Translations under genes and position numbers: made by a program | The notes under the pieces: generated by a model | The model's input: the letters and a program-made list of their open reading frames with translations, nothing else | Databases searched by the model: none | Told to the model about the DNA's origin: nothing | Source: a virus | DNA: 31,401 bases | IMG/VR virus record: IMGVR_UViG_3300046673_000201 | Direction: 5' to 3' (one strand) | Part shown: positions 22,030 through 31,401 of the stretch, in pieces | How positions within the stretch are numbered: the first letter of the stretch is position 1 | Layout of the letters: each line of letters begins with the position of its first letter

Positions 22030-23814
22030 ATGCCACAATTACCACTCAAACTTACATGTAGTTCAAAATTCGGTGTCTCGAAGAAGATATCGGCAGAACA
22101 AGTTTATAACATGTTTATGTCTGATGGGTGGATGATAGATTATGCCGGACATGAAAAAGCTGTTACCTTTCCCATAACCAATGGAACGGGTCGCGGAATA
22201 TTCTATAGCTCTCGTTCTGATAAACTATTTGTAGTCATCTCTCAAAACATTTATACCGTTGTCGCCAATTATGGCAATCTAACATACACCCTAGTTGCAA
22301 GCATTGGATCAACAACAACAGATGTTTTCATAGATGAAAATTTACAGAATCAAATAGCATTTTGCGATAAAACTGATATTTATATTTATGATTACTCAAC
22401 TAGCGCTTTTGCTAAACTCGCTTTAGATTTCTCTGCTGGCTATGTAACCTTTCAAGATAATCGATTCATTGCCACGGCAAATAATTTGCCACAATGGAGA
22501 CTTTCAGATTTCAATCTATTATCCATTGCTACCGCTGCTGTAGTTTCTGGTGGTTCTGGTTATCATGTTGGGGACGTTTTAACTGTGGTGAATGGTGGGT
22601 TGAATCAAGGGACGCTAACAGTTACAGGACTTAGTGGAACTGCTGTATCTACTGTAATAGTTAATATCCCTAGTGCTGCTAGTGGCGCAGGATCTGGTTA
22701 TATTAACACTACCTATCCTGTTTCTGGTGGCTATGGAATTGGTGCTACATTCGCCGTTACGATAACCAGTGGATTTACCCCATCATCTCAGCAGATAGGT
22801 ACATTCCAGTCTAAACCTGACAGTTGTTTGGCCTGTGTGCGTGTTCCTGGGCGTTCTGGGCAAATATTAATAATGGGTTCTGTAGTTACTGAGATATGGA
22901 CAGATCTTGGATTACAGTTATTCCCATATCAGCGTAATAGTGGTTATACCATAGACTATGGATGTTTAAATCCCGCTACTATCGCAGCTAGTGATGACTT
23001 TGTTGTTTGGCTTGGTAGTAATGAAAAATCAGGTCCTACCATAATGATGTGTTCCGGCAGTGGTGTTCAACAGATATCATCTGATGGAATAAATTACACA
23101 TTATCTACCATGGTTAATCCTGAGAACTCCCACGGATTTATTTTTAAACAAGCCGGGCATATGTTTTATCAAATTACATTTCCCGATCCTAAAGATAATG
23201 TAACTTACATATATGACTTTAATGCAAAGAGTTTTTATACTCTCTGTGATACAAATCAAAACTATCATATAGCAAGACGCGTGGCATATTTTAATAATGA
23301 TTATTACTTCATTAGTTTTAATGATAACAATCTTTATCAATTATCTGGAGAAATTAATACCGCCGATGGAGAAGAGATACCAAGGATTATAATTACCGCT
23401 CCATCTGCTATGCCTGATAGAAATCCATTTATTATAAATAATCTAACTTTCCCTATAAAACAAGGTGAAGATACTGGCGAAGAGATAGGTTCTTACGCTG
23501 TCGATTCTTATATAATAGATAATGACGGAAACTATTTAATAGATAATGATGGCGATCAGATTATCTATCAGGTAATGGATTACTCCGCTATAGCATCAGC
23601 AACATCAAATTCTAGGGTTGATTTGAGTACGTCTTCAGATGGTGGCGTTACTTTTGGCAATCCAGTGGGAATTTATTTAAACAGTACGGGACATCGTAGA
23701 AATATATTTAAGTATTACAATCTAGGACGGTATAATGAAGTAACTTTCCAATTTAGATTTTGGGGTTTGGGTCGTTTTGTCCTCACTGATGGGGTCTGTG
23801 ATTGTACACAATAA
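22030..23814 (+). CDS. Tail hub / packaged-DNA stabilisation protein, P22 gp10-like
   Basis: MPQLPLKL...GTGRGIFYSS...IYTV N-terminus and C-terminal SSDGGVTFGNP...YNLGRYNEVTFQFRF...FVLTDG parallel P22 gp10 (MPIQQLP...SRGVEY..., TTDGINYG...IGFKLRV...VTLSG). It contains an inserted GGSGYHVGDVLTV-type segment. Confidence 0.55.
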   Translation: MPQLPLKLTCSSKFGVSKKISAEQVYNMFMSDGWMIDYAGHEKAVTFPITNGTGRGIFYSSRSDKLFVVISQNIYTVVANYGNLTYTLVASIGSTTTDVFIDENLQNQIAFCDKTDIYIYDYSTSAFAKLALDFSAGYVTFQDNRFIATANNLPQWRLSDFNLLSIATAAVVSGGSGYHVGDVLTVVNGGLNQGTLTVTGLSGTAVSTVIVNIPSAASGAGSGYINTTYPVSGGYGIGATFAVTITSGFTPSSQQIGTFQSKPDSCLACVRVPGRSGQILIMGSVVTEIWTDLGLQLFPYQRNSGYTIDYGCLNPATIAASDDFVVWLGSNEKSGPTIMMCSGSGVQQISSDGINYTLSTMVNPENSHGFIFKQAGHMFYQITFPDPKDNVTYIYDFNAKSFYTLCDTNQNYHIARRVAYFNNDYYFISFNDNNLYQLSGEINTADGEEIPRIIITAPSAMPDRNPFIINNLTFPIKQGEDTGEEIGSYAVDSYIIDNDGNYLIDNDGDQIIYQVMDYSAIASATSNSRVDLSTSSDGGVTFGNPVGIYLNSTGHRRNIFKYYNLGRYNEVTFQFRFWGLGRFVLTDGVCDCTQ

Positions 23815-23835
23815 TAATAAAAAATAGGTGATTTT

Positions 23836-24738
23836 ATGTGGCCAGCGTTAATAGCAGGTGCAGCGAGCAGTGGAGGCGGTCAAGGTGGTGGTCAAGGCGG
23901 TGGAATGATCAAAGATATAATGGGTATAAAAGATCAACAAGCCGCTAAGATGATGGGGTTGGGGAGTCTTGTCGGTGGTTTATTTGGTGCACGTAATGCA
24001 CAAGACCCGGGAAAAATAGCTGGCCAATATTATCAACAAGCTAACCAATATTTAGGCCAAACCCCTGGATATGTAGATCAATATCTTTCTCCATATATGC
24101 AAGCTGGTCAAGGAGCTATGGGGACATTGCAAGGACAGTATCAAGGACTTTTAGGACAAAATCCATCGGGGCAATATCAAAATCTTGTAAATCAATCTAA
24201 CCCTATGGAAAATTACTTGGGTTTAACACGTAATCCAGGCGAGATAATGAATCAAATGGGTTCAGGATATCAACAATCCCCTGGTTATCAATATAATGTA
24301 GACCAAGCAACAAAAGCATCTAATAATGCCGCAGCTGCTGGTGGTTTTATAGGTAGTCCCCAACAACAAGAACAGTTGGCGCATCAGGTTAGCGGAATGG
24401 CAAGCCAGGATTACAATCAATATTTAAATAATGCCATGGGGTTATACGGCCAAGGTTTACAAGGGATGAATAATTTATATGGTCAAGGTTTGCAAGGCAT
24501 GGGAAACCTTTACGGTGCTGGCATGCAAGGTATGCAAGGTCAACAGCAATTAGGTTATGGTGCGGCGCAAGGAGCAAATCAAACGCTGTCAGATATGTTA
24601 AGAGCGCAGGCGCAAAATGCACAGTCACAAGCTGAAATGCAATATTATAATACACAAGATCGTAATAAAGCTAAAGCAGAGCAAGGATCTGCTATGGGCG
24701 GTTTATTTGGTGGATTGTTGGGCGGATTATTTTTCTAA
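23836..24738 (+). CDS. Gly/Gln-rich low-complexity internal virion (ejection-type) protein
   Basis: AGGTGA RBS. SSGGGQGGGQGGG, a tandem LYGQGLQGM(N/G)N motif, and C-terminal GGLFGGLLGGLFF. Confidence 0.55.
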   Translation: MWPALIAGAASSGGGQGGGQGGGMIKDIMGIKDQQAAKMMGLGSLVGGLFGARNAQDPGKIAGQYYQQANQYLGQTPGYVDQYLSPYMQAGQGAMGTLQGQYQGLLGQNPSGQYQNLVNQSNPMENYLGLTRNPGEIMNQMGSGYQQSPGYQYNVDQATKASNNAAAAGGFIGSPQQQEQLAHQVSGMASQDYNQYLNNAMGLYGQGLQGMNNLYGQGLQGMGNLYGAGMQGMQGQQQLGYGAAQGANQTLSDMLRAQAQNAQSQAEMQYYNTQDRNKAKAEQGSAMGGLFGGLLGGLFF

Positions 24739-24763
24739 AATAAATTAAAAAAAGAGCACTTTT

Positions 24764-26308
24764 ATGGCATACGGTTATCAACCACAGTATTACGGTCTTT
24801 ATGGCGGTAGAGATATCAACGATATATATCAAACGATGCTTAAGAATGGTGAAATGGCAGTTCGCAATAGAGCTTTGCCTGGATCGTTGCAAGAAGAGTT
24901 AAGGAAATCGCAGTTATATAATCAGTATTACGGACCTACACAACAAGCTAATATTGATTTAATTAACCAAGGACAAATTCCGCATTATCAAGCTGGTTCT
25001 AATTACCTTAACCAACAGGCGCAATGGCATGGTCCTAATATTGCTTCTGAAATAGCTCTAAGAGGAATGCAAGGAAATCATCTAGGGGCACAAAATGCTT
25101 TGTTAGGAGAGCAAGCAAGCGAATTACACATGGGTAATAATCGTCAGCAAAGAATTATTGATCTACAAAGATCAATAGCTGAAATGGAGCAGGGTGTAAG
25201 TCCTCAGCAAGATTATGTTGCTCCACAGCAGTCATATAATCCTTCTCCTGCTTCATTAAGTAATGCGATGCAGAATGGAATTAATGCGTCTGGACAACAA
25301 ATGTCAGCCAATCAGCCTCAAGTTGCTGCTCAAAATCCTAGAACATTATCAGAATTAAATCAATTAGGGGCAATACCAAAACCAATAAATAATCCAAGAG
25401 AAATAACTGGTGAGCAAATACAGCAGTCAATAAATGATATAATAAAACAATATCCAGAACAAAATCAAGGAAGAGCTATAGCTCCTATTGGTCAGAAAAT
25501 GAATCAACAGCCTATAGCTGCTGAGCCTACTGCTTTGCCACAACCACAATTGTCGCAATTGGATAGAGCAAAACAAGAATTATCAATGTTACAAGGGTTA
25601 AGAACAGGTGGTAAAGATACTTTAGAGGCTAAAGAAGAGCGTGCGGTTAGTACAACCGAAAGAAAAGAAGATATTAAGGAATATAATAAAACTATAAATG
25701 CAGCTAATGCTTCTGGTAAAGCCGCGCATGAGGTAAATAAATATTTAGACAAATTTGAAAATTCATATGGAAAGTTAGGATCAGCGGAAAAAGGTGTATT
25801 AGCTGGTAGAGCTCCTGCTGTTAGTTCAAATGCGCAGCAAGCTGATTTAGCTGCACAGAATATCCAAGCTGGATTAATGATATTGTTTAAAGGCGGAAGA
25901 ATTACAGAGAAACAATTAGAATTTTTAGGAAGATTAAAACCAAATAGAACCATGAATCCACCTGCAGCTAAAGCAGCTATGGATTCTTTGCGTGCATATT
26001 CAACTAGATTTACTGAAGAGCAACCTTTCTTAAATGCTGCGAGAGCAAAAGGGTTGAATTCACAAGATGCGAAGACTCTTTGGAATGCTTATGATACCGA
26101 ACGTCCTGCATATGATGAAGTTAACCAAAAACCTTTAATAAAGAATCTTCATTCATTCAAAGATTATTTATCTCCAGAAGCTTTAAATGCAGTCAGAGAA
26201 GGTAATCAATATTCTCCGAAAAAAGGTGGGATGGAGAATATTGAGGATGAAAAAATGTTTAATGGGCAAAGGTATGTAAAAATTAATGGTGAGTGGCATC
26301 AATCATGA
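24764..26308 (+). CDS. Gln-rich internal virion (ejection-type) protein, 514 aa
   Basis: Position after the tail hub, as in P22 gp7/gp20/gp16. Q/N-rich. No enzymatic motif seen. Confidence 0.5.
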   Translation: MAYGYQPQYYGLYGGRDINDIYQTMLKNGEMAVRNRALPGSLQEELRKSQLYNQYYGPTQQANIDLINQGQIPHYQAGSNYLNQQAQWHGPNIASEIALRGMQGNHLGAQNALLGEQASELHMGNNRQQRIIDLQRSIAEMEQGVSPQQDYVAPQQSYNPSPASLSNAMQNGINASGQQMSANQPQVAAQNPRTLSELNQLGAIPKPINNPREITGEQIQQSINDIIKQYPEQNQGRAIAPIGQKMNQQPIAAEPTALPQPQLSQLDRAKQELSMLQGLRTGGKDTLEAKEERAVSTTERKEDIKEYNKTINAANASGKAAHEVNKYLDKFENSYGKLGSAEKGVLAGRAPAVSSNAQQADLAAQNIQAGLMILFKGGRITEKQLEFLGRLKPNRTMNPPAAKAAMDSLRAYSTRFTEEQPFLNAARAKGLNSQDAKTLWNAYDTERPAYDEVNQKPLIKNLHSFKDYLSPEALNAVREGNQYSPKKGGMENIEDEKMFNGQRYVKINGEWHQS

Positions 26309-27537
26309 GAAAAATAACAGACCCAAATTTGCTTGCTCAATTAGAAGCGGCGCCTTCAAATTATAAGAAAGTAACTGATCCTAATATTATTGCGCAATTA
26401 GAAGGGAATGAACCACAGCAACAAAATTGGCAAAAAAGATTAGAAAATTCATTTCCTGGCGGTTTAGCTACAAGCGTAGGAAATCAAGTTATGGATTTCG
26501 CCTCAATGCCAGAGCAATTATTAAGAGGAGGGGCACATACCATAAATTCACTTCTTAATAAAATTCCTGGTGTAAATATTCCTCTTCCAGATTTAAATTA
26601 CAGAACATTGCCAAGAGCAGAAGAACCAGAGAACCCGGGGTTAGGATATCAAGCGGGCCATTTTGTTGGTGAAGCTGCTCCTTGGATGGTACCTGGAGCT
26701 ATGGCTGGAAAAGCAGCATTGAAGTTAGGGGGAAAGGTCTTTGGTGCGGTAAATCCAGGAAAGACGGCGCTTACATTACAAGAACTTTTAACGAAAGAAT
26801 CTGGAAATGCTGTTAGAGCTCCATCTGGTAATTTATATAACAAGGTATTCGAAGGAACAAAACATACTAATATATATGGTGAAAATATTGGCAATAAAAA
26901 TATAGCTATTCAAGACTTAATTGAGAATGTAGAGAAAAATGAATTACCGGATCTTGTGCATAGATATATAGATTTAAATCCTCAGGAAATTAAAACAGCG
27001 TATGTAGACTCTGGATTAAAAAGATTACACAATGTTTTTGAAAAACATCCAACATTGGAGAATGCTCATAAATTGCAATCTCAATTAGGAACTGAGGTTA
27101 GGGGGATAAATAAAAAAGGTAAATTAGCTGATGCTGCTGACAAAGCGCATAAAGAAAGTTATGAATATGCTAGGGATATTTTAAAGAATGATATAAATAG
27201 TTTTTTAGAAGGCTCTGAATCTGGGTTGGGTAAATCATATAAAGAAGCCACTAGACTTCATAGAGAAAATGTTATTCCTCATGAAAATGCGATTGATATT
27301 ATTGGCCAACATGTTAATGCATATACCAATAAGATAAATCCAGGATCATTATCTAAAGCACTGGAAAATGCATATAACATTAAATCTTTAAAGAACAATC
27401 CTATTCCCCAGGAAGTTATGAAACTAAATGAATTATTAAAAAATCAATTAAGAAATAAAAATTATGCAATTAAAGCGGCTAGCATTACTGGTGGGGCATT
27501 AGGATTAAATAAAATTAGACATTTATTGGGATATTAA
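26305..27537 (+). CDS. Internal virion (ejection-type) protein, about 410 aa
   Basis: ATG 26305 overlaps the upstream TGA. N-terminal tandem motif (I/V)TDPN(L/I)(L/I)AQLE occurs twice. C-terminal hydrophobic anchor AIKAASITGGALGL. Confidence 0.5.
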   Translation: MRKITDPNLLAQLEAAPSNYKKVTDPNIIAQLEGNEPQQQNWQKRLENSFPGGLATSVGNQVMDFASMPEQLLRGGAHTINSLLNKIPGVNIPLPDLNYRTLPRAEEPENPGLGYQAGHFVGEAAPWMVPGAMAGKAALKLGGKVFGAVNPGKTALTLQELLTKESGNAVRAPSGNLYNKVFEGTKHTNIYGENIGNKNIAIQDLIENVEKNELPDLVHRYIDLNPQEIKTAYVDSGLKRLHNVFEKHPTLENAHKLQSQLGTEVRGINKKGKLADAADKAHKESYEYARDILKNDINSFLEGSESGLGKSYKEATRLHRENVIPHENAIDIIGQHVNAYTNKINPGSLSKALENAYNIKSLKNNPIPQEVMKLNELLKNQLRNKNYAIKAASITGGALGLNKIRHLLGY

Positions 27538-27541
27538 AAAT

Positions 27542-29107
27542 ATGAGTTTAAATACTTTATACGTTCCTCTTACAGGAATACAACAACAGTTAATAGATAA
27601 ACTTACAGATCAGCCGTTAGCTGGCGGTACAGTATCATTTTTTAAAGATTCTCAAAGAACAGTGCCAAAGGATGTGTATGCTCTTACTAATTCCCCGCCT
27701 GATTATGCATATGCTAACATTGGCTCTGTATTAACTCTTAGCTCGATTGGAACTTTTAACGACTCACTTGGTAACAACCTTGTTCCTTACATATATCCTT
27801 ATGTTGAGAATGGTTTGGCAGGAGCTGGCGATATAGATTTGTACTATATAGTTGTCGCAAATTCTGGTGGACAATTTCAATTTTCTGTAGCAGCTGTGCC
27901 TAATATACCGGAAGTCGCAGGACCTGAAGAAACTGCCGATCAACAAAATTTCATTACCAACGGACAATTCCTTTTGGGGCAATTACCAGCGCCAGGAACT
28001 ATAAGCGCAACCACTACAACCATTGCATACGGCGGTTGGCAATATGTTCGTTCTTCTAATCTTTCTACTGGAGACAAAGTTACTTTTAATAGGTTTAATT
28101 CTCCTCTTAATGGCATTCCTTCCGGTAATCCTAGATATGCTTGTAGGGTTGCTTGTAATGCTCCTAATGCTGGCGATACTTCTAAAATATTGCAAATGGT
28201 ATTTCAGGATGTAAATAGGTTTTCTGACCCCGCTCAACAATTAACATTATTCTTTTCTGGGTTAAATAATATTACTGGAATAATGCAATTAAACGTAAAT
28301 CTGTATAAAAATTTTGGTACTAGTGGATCGACACCAACAACAACCCCAATAGGATCTTTTGTAGTTAATAGTACTGGATATTCTAATATTGTATTTCCAT
28401 TTTCTTTTGGTTCTAATTATACACAAACATTAGGCTCTAATAACGATGATTATTTTGCGATACAGATTTCATTTCCGCCGACATCAACATTTGATGTATC
28501 GCTAACTGATTTTGTATTGTATTTAGGAGCTGTTAATATAACTGCATATCCATTTGGTGTAGATCCAATTGAGCCATATGCCGTTGATGCTAGTATGGTA
28601 ACTAATCCTACTACAGCATCATTATCTACAGTAAATACCGCTTTAGCTAATATATATAATTCCGTTATAATATCTCCTTATTATACTAGCGCTGTTATTT
28701 CTAGTCCTTTTACTTTTTCCCTTGGGTCACCTGGGGCATGGCAGGTAATAACAGGAACCGATATTTCTGTTATTCCTGGAACGTATATGATTAGTTATAA
28801 TTGTTCGCAACAGATTTCCGGGCTACAGACAATCGAGGGGTCGGTGAATACTATTGCATATTCCTCTTTATATAATGCTAATCCAACGGTAGTAAATATA
28901 ATTTCATCAACTTTTCAACAAAACATGGCTGTAAGGACTACGTATGTAGGAGGATTTTTTGGAGGAGGTTGTGCGTCATGTACGATTATTCTGGTTGTCG
29001 CTGTCCCAACTGTGTTTAAAGTAGCTGGAATGATAGATAGCAACAATGGATTACAATCTTATAATGCAATTGAAGCAAATATTACAGCTGTTAGATTAGG
29101 TAATTAA
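27542..29107 (+). CDS. Tail fibre / receptor-binding protein 1 (521 aa)
   Basis: Ser/Thr/Asn/Gly-rich and beta-rich. Shares NPTTASLSTVNTALANIYNSV with motifs in two downstream fibre genes. Confidence 0.6.
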   Translation: MSLNTLYVPLTGIQQQLIDKLTDQPLAGGTVSFFKDSQRTVPKDVYALTNSPPDYAYANIGSVLTLSSIGTFNDSLGNNLVPYIYPYVENGLAGAGDIDLYYIVVANSGGQFQFSVAAVPNIPEVAGPEETADQQNFITNGQFLLGQLPAPGTISATTTTIAYGGWQYVRSSNLSTGDKVTFNRFNSPLNGIPSGNPRYACRVACNAPNAGDTSKILQMVFQDVNRFSDPAQQLTLFFSGLNNITGIMQLNVNLYKNFGTSGSTPTTTPIGSFVVNSTGYSNIVFPFSFGSNYTQTLGSNNDDYFAIQISFPPTSTFDVSLTDFVLYLGAVNITAYPFGVDPIEPYAVDASMVTNPTTASLSTVNTALANIYNSVIISPYYTSAVISSPFTFSLGSPGAWQVITGTDISVIPGTYMISYNCSQQISGLQTIEGSVNTIAYSSLYNANPTVVNIISSTFQQNMAVRTTYVGGFFGGGCASCTIILVVAVPTVFKVAGMIDSNNGLQSYNAIEANITAVRLGN

Positions 29108-29144
29108 ATATAATATAAAAACAATTAAAATTGGAGAAAGCAGC

Positions 29145-29366
29145 ATGAGCACCACTAAATTACAAATCATCCCAGATATAAACGGTAGACCAACATATGT
29201 TATACCCCAGTCAAATGTTATATACACAGGGTTATTATCTGCTAGTGAACAACAAAGCATAACTGCCCCCGCTGACGCGCCTGCATATGCCGTAATAATT
29301 GGTGTAGCTAATGGTGCTGATACTTATACGGTTAATGCTACTATTACAGCAGTTAACTTAGGGTAG
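29145..29366 (+). CDS. Small fibre-associated protein (73 aa) whose C-terminus mirrors the end of the upstream fibre
   Basis: GGAGAA RBS. It ends ...NATITAVNLG, compared with ...EANITAVRLGN in the 27542 ORF. Confidence 0.5.
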   Translation: MSTTKLQIIPDINGRPTYVIPQSNVIYTGLLSASEQQSITAPADAPAYAVIIGVANGADTYTVNATITAVNLG

Positions 29367-29448
29367 GTGATATATCTTAGTTCCCTCGTTTGATAATATA
29401 AAAGTTGTTGGTGATGATGGCTACTTTACTCCAGAGTATAGAGCCATC

Positions 29449-30141
29449 ATGCAGCAACTTTTTGAGGGATTACAATCGACTGTAGGGAATGAGGGTTTGG
29501 TAATGCCCTCTCAGTCTATAAATAATATAAATCTACTGACAAATTCTACAAATGGGTCGCTTGTCTACGATAGTACAAATAATTTAGCTAAAGTTCTTAT
29601 TAATGGTATATGGCAAGATATAAATTTTTCACCATCACCACTTACATTGCCTATATCTATCGCAAATGGTGGAACGGGTAAAACTACGCAAGCTGATGCT
29701 ATAACGGCATTATCTGGGACACAAATATACGGGTATTATTTACGTAGTGATGGTACTAACACTTATTTGAATGCTTTAAGCGCAGGAGATTTGACAGGTA
29801 TATTATCCGCTATAGATATAGGAGCTGGATTAGTTACCGATCCCGTAACGTCGTCAAGTGCTAGTATAAATACGGCATTAAATGATGTGTATAACGCTAT
29901 TTTATCGCCAATACCAATCCAATTAAGTGTTGATACAACTATAAATAGTGCTAGTTTGGTTGTTGGAGTTTCCTATATATACGAAAGTATTTCGGTGTCG
30001 GTTATCACGTTAACTATAATTGGGGGCGCCACAATAAGAAATCCTCCTACACTTAATGGCAGCAGTACTACAATAGGTTTTAATCAAGAGGATAATTTTA
30101 CATTAACCAAATATTCAGATAATACTATTTTATTAACTTAG
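29449..30141 (+). CDS. Tail fibre-like protein 2 (230 aa from the ATG; the true start is uncertain)
   Basis: PISIANGGTGKTTQADAITALSG..YYLRSDGTN and DPVTSSSASINTALNDVYNAI modules are shared with the wrap-around fibre. Confidence 0.6.
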   Translation: MQQLFEGLQSTVGNEGLVMPSQSINNINLLTNSTNGSLVYDSTNNLAKVLINGIWQDINFSPSPLTLPISIANGGTGKTTQADAITALSGTQIYGYYLRSDGTNTYLNALSAGDLTGILSAIDIGAGLVTDPVTSSSASINTALNDVYNAILSPIPIQLSVDTTINSASLVVGVSYIYESISVSVITLTIIGGATIRNPPTLNGSSTTIGFNQEDNFTLTKYSDNTILLT

Positions 30142-30149
30142 AGAAAATT

Positions 30150-30881
30150 ATGACTACTAAATTTGCAAATCAAACAGAATTAAGCATTAACTATGTCACT
30201 ACAAATAAAGCAGTTGTTGCCATAGGTGATAGTGTTGAAGTAGCTATTGGTAAATTACAAACACAAAATTTTTTCGCAGGAGATGGCACATATATAAGTG
30301 GTTGGAGCGCCGCAACTAATACCCCAACGCTATTGAATTCTACTGTAGAAGCTGCTGGTGATTGGTATAATGTTACTGCCGCAGGAACTGTAGACTTTGG
30401 GGCTGGTAATATTGTTTTTGCAGTTAATGATACAGTTTATTCTAATGGCACGACATACCAAAAAGGAGTTGCAATTACATCGGATGTGATACTCGCTGAC
30501 GGTCAATTACTTATAGGTCAAGCTACTGGTCTTGGCGCTGGTAAGACGATGAGCGGCCAAGCTACCATTAACGATCTTGGTGTACTTAGTCTTGCTTTCG
30601 GCTCGCATTTAGTTGCCGGTGCTTTTGATGGGACGATAAAAGGTGGTGGTGTCCAATATTTCAATACTGATATTAATATTGCTATAACTGATATGGTTAT
30701 TGGGACGCCATATGTTTTATATAATAGCCATGCTTCTCTAAACAAAAATATCACAATCACGGGGGGTGGTGCCGTCGTAATAGGTGGAGACGCTTTAACA
30801 TCTTCTCTTGTTCAAACAGTAAACGCCGGAACTGGGTACACACTCACTTTACAAAATGCTACTACAGTATTGATTAATTAA
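30150..30881 (+). CDS. Tail fibre-like protein 3 (243 aa)
   Basis: Gly/Thr/Ala-rich ORF tightly packed between fibre genes. Confidence 0.5.
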   Translation: MTTKFANQTELSINYVTTNKAVVAIGDSVEVAIGKLQTQNFFAGDGTYISGWSAATNTPTLLNSTVEAAGDWYNVTAAGTVDFGAGNIVFAVNDTVYSNGTTYQKGVAITSDVILADGQLLIGQATGLGAGKTMSGQATINDLGVLSLAFGSHLVAGAFDGTIKGGGVQYFNTDINIAITDMVIGTPYVLYNSHASLNKNITITGGGAVVIGGDALTSSLVQTVNAGTGYTLTLQNATTVLIN

Positions 30882-30883
30882 TT

Positions 30884-31401
30884 ATGGCTAATACTAAATA
30901 TTTAAACCAAGTTAAACTTACGGCAACAGTAACGCCAAGTAATACTGCTATAGCGGCGGGTAATGATGGCCAGGTTGTAGCACAAAACTTACAAGGACAG
31001 ATAAATTATATTAATTCTACTAGTTCCGCCGCTTATGCAGCAGATATAGTTGGTGGTATAGCTAACGATATCCCATATCAAACAGCAGCTAATGTTACGT
31101 CATTTATAACCCCTGTAAACTCAGCTGTATTAATTAGTAGCGTTGCTGGCGTTCCATCGATGGCCACGACTTTACCGGCTGTTGGTATTGGAACATGCAC
31201 GGTAACCGATCCTAAAACTGCAGGATCTGCTAGTATAAATACTGCCTTATCTGATGTATATGGCGCTATTCCATCTGTGTCTTACCCAATAGCAATAAAT
31301 AATGGAGGAACTGGACAGACTACAGCGCAATTAGCTATGAACGCATTAGCTGGCGCAGTCACCACTAAATACTATTTACGTGGAGATAACACCAATGTAA
31401 C
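30884..31401 (+). CDS. Tail fibre protein 4, 5' portion; continues through the circular junction into 1-1706
   Basis: The ATG at 30884 overlaps the upstream TAA (TAATTATG region). Hand translation MANTKYLNQVKLTATV...DPKTAGSASINTALSDVYGAIPSVSYPIAINNGGTGQTT has no stop to the window end. Absent from the ORF track because it is open-ended. Confidence 0.8.
   Translation, partial: MANTKYLNQVKLTATVTPSNTAIAAGNDGQVVAQNLQGQINYINSTSSAAYAADIVGGIANDIPYQTAANVTSFITPVNSAVLISSVAGVPSMATTLPAVGIGTCTVTDPKTAGSASINTALSDVYGAIPSVSYPIAINNGGTGQTTAQLAMNALAGAVTTKYYLRGDNTNV
31275..31401. repeat. Terminal direct repeat copy 2 (identical to 1-127)
   Basis: Same 127 nt as the window start. The reading frame of the ORF starting at 30884 continues into frame 3 of the window start. 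Confidence 0.95.

Noticed and set aside
27542-31401. Diversity-generating retroelement acting on the fibre genes
   Set aside because: There is no reverse transcriptase anywhere in the closed genome, and no template/variable repeat pair with adenine-specific differences.
1-31401. tRNA/tmRNA genes, integrase/attP, and toxin-antitoxin or defence/anti-defence cassettes of known type
   Set aside because: Visual scanning found no cloverleaf-like segments in intergenic regions and no recombinase-like ORFs. No known defence-system signatures were recognised. A tRNAscan and HMM sweep is still needed to be sure.

Overview
The window is a complete, circularly closed phage genome of about 31.27 kb. Bases 1-127 are repeated exactly at 31275-31401, and one tail-fibre gene runs across that junction. 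It is AT-rich, and a lipoprotein o-spanin points to a Gram-negative host.

The architecture is P22-like podoviral: terS, terL, a portal with a long C-terminal coiled coil, scaffold, coat, gp4-like and gp10-like tail adaptors, three Gln/Gly-rich ejection-type proteins, and five consecutive mosaic tail-fibre genes. After the fibres come a VRR-NUC nuclease and a GH108 endolysin / holin / spanin lysis cassette. An XRE repressor is divergent from an early operon that includes a Sak4-like AAA_24 ATPase and a DUF669-like protein.

Several parts look non-core:
- A minus-strand operon of four tandem 17-25 aa hydrophobic micropeptides, a full-length CsrA homologue and an HNH homing endonuclease.
- An accessory gap (8.55-9.94 kb) with stand-alone promoter/terminator units, a G-run/polypyrimidine element, and two promoter-equipped small ORFs. 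One ORF has a textbook double-glycine bacteriocin-type leader; the other has a degenerate copy of it.
- A plasmid-type Rep_3 initiator with four 21-bp iterons and an operator-like inverted repeat, placed in reverse orientation between portal and scaffold.
- Nested tandem duplications (6425-6830) that create a chimeric ORF.
- A terS with a duplicated HTH module, followed by two paralogous CxxC zinc-ribbon genes.

I found no integrase, partition genes, DNA polymerase, primase, helicase, tRNA or CRISPR array. All family calls come from motif recognition by eye and need HMM or BLAST confirmation.
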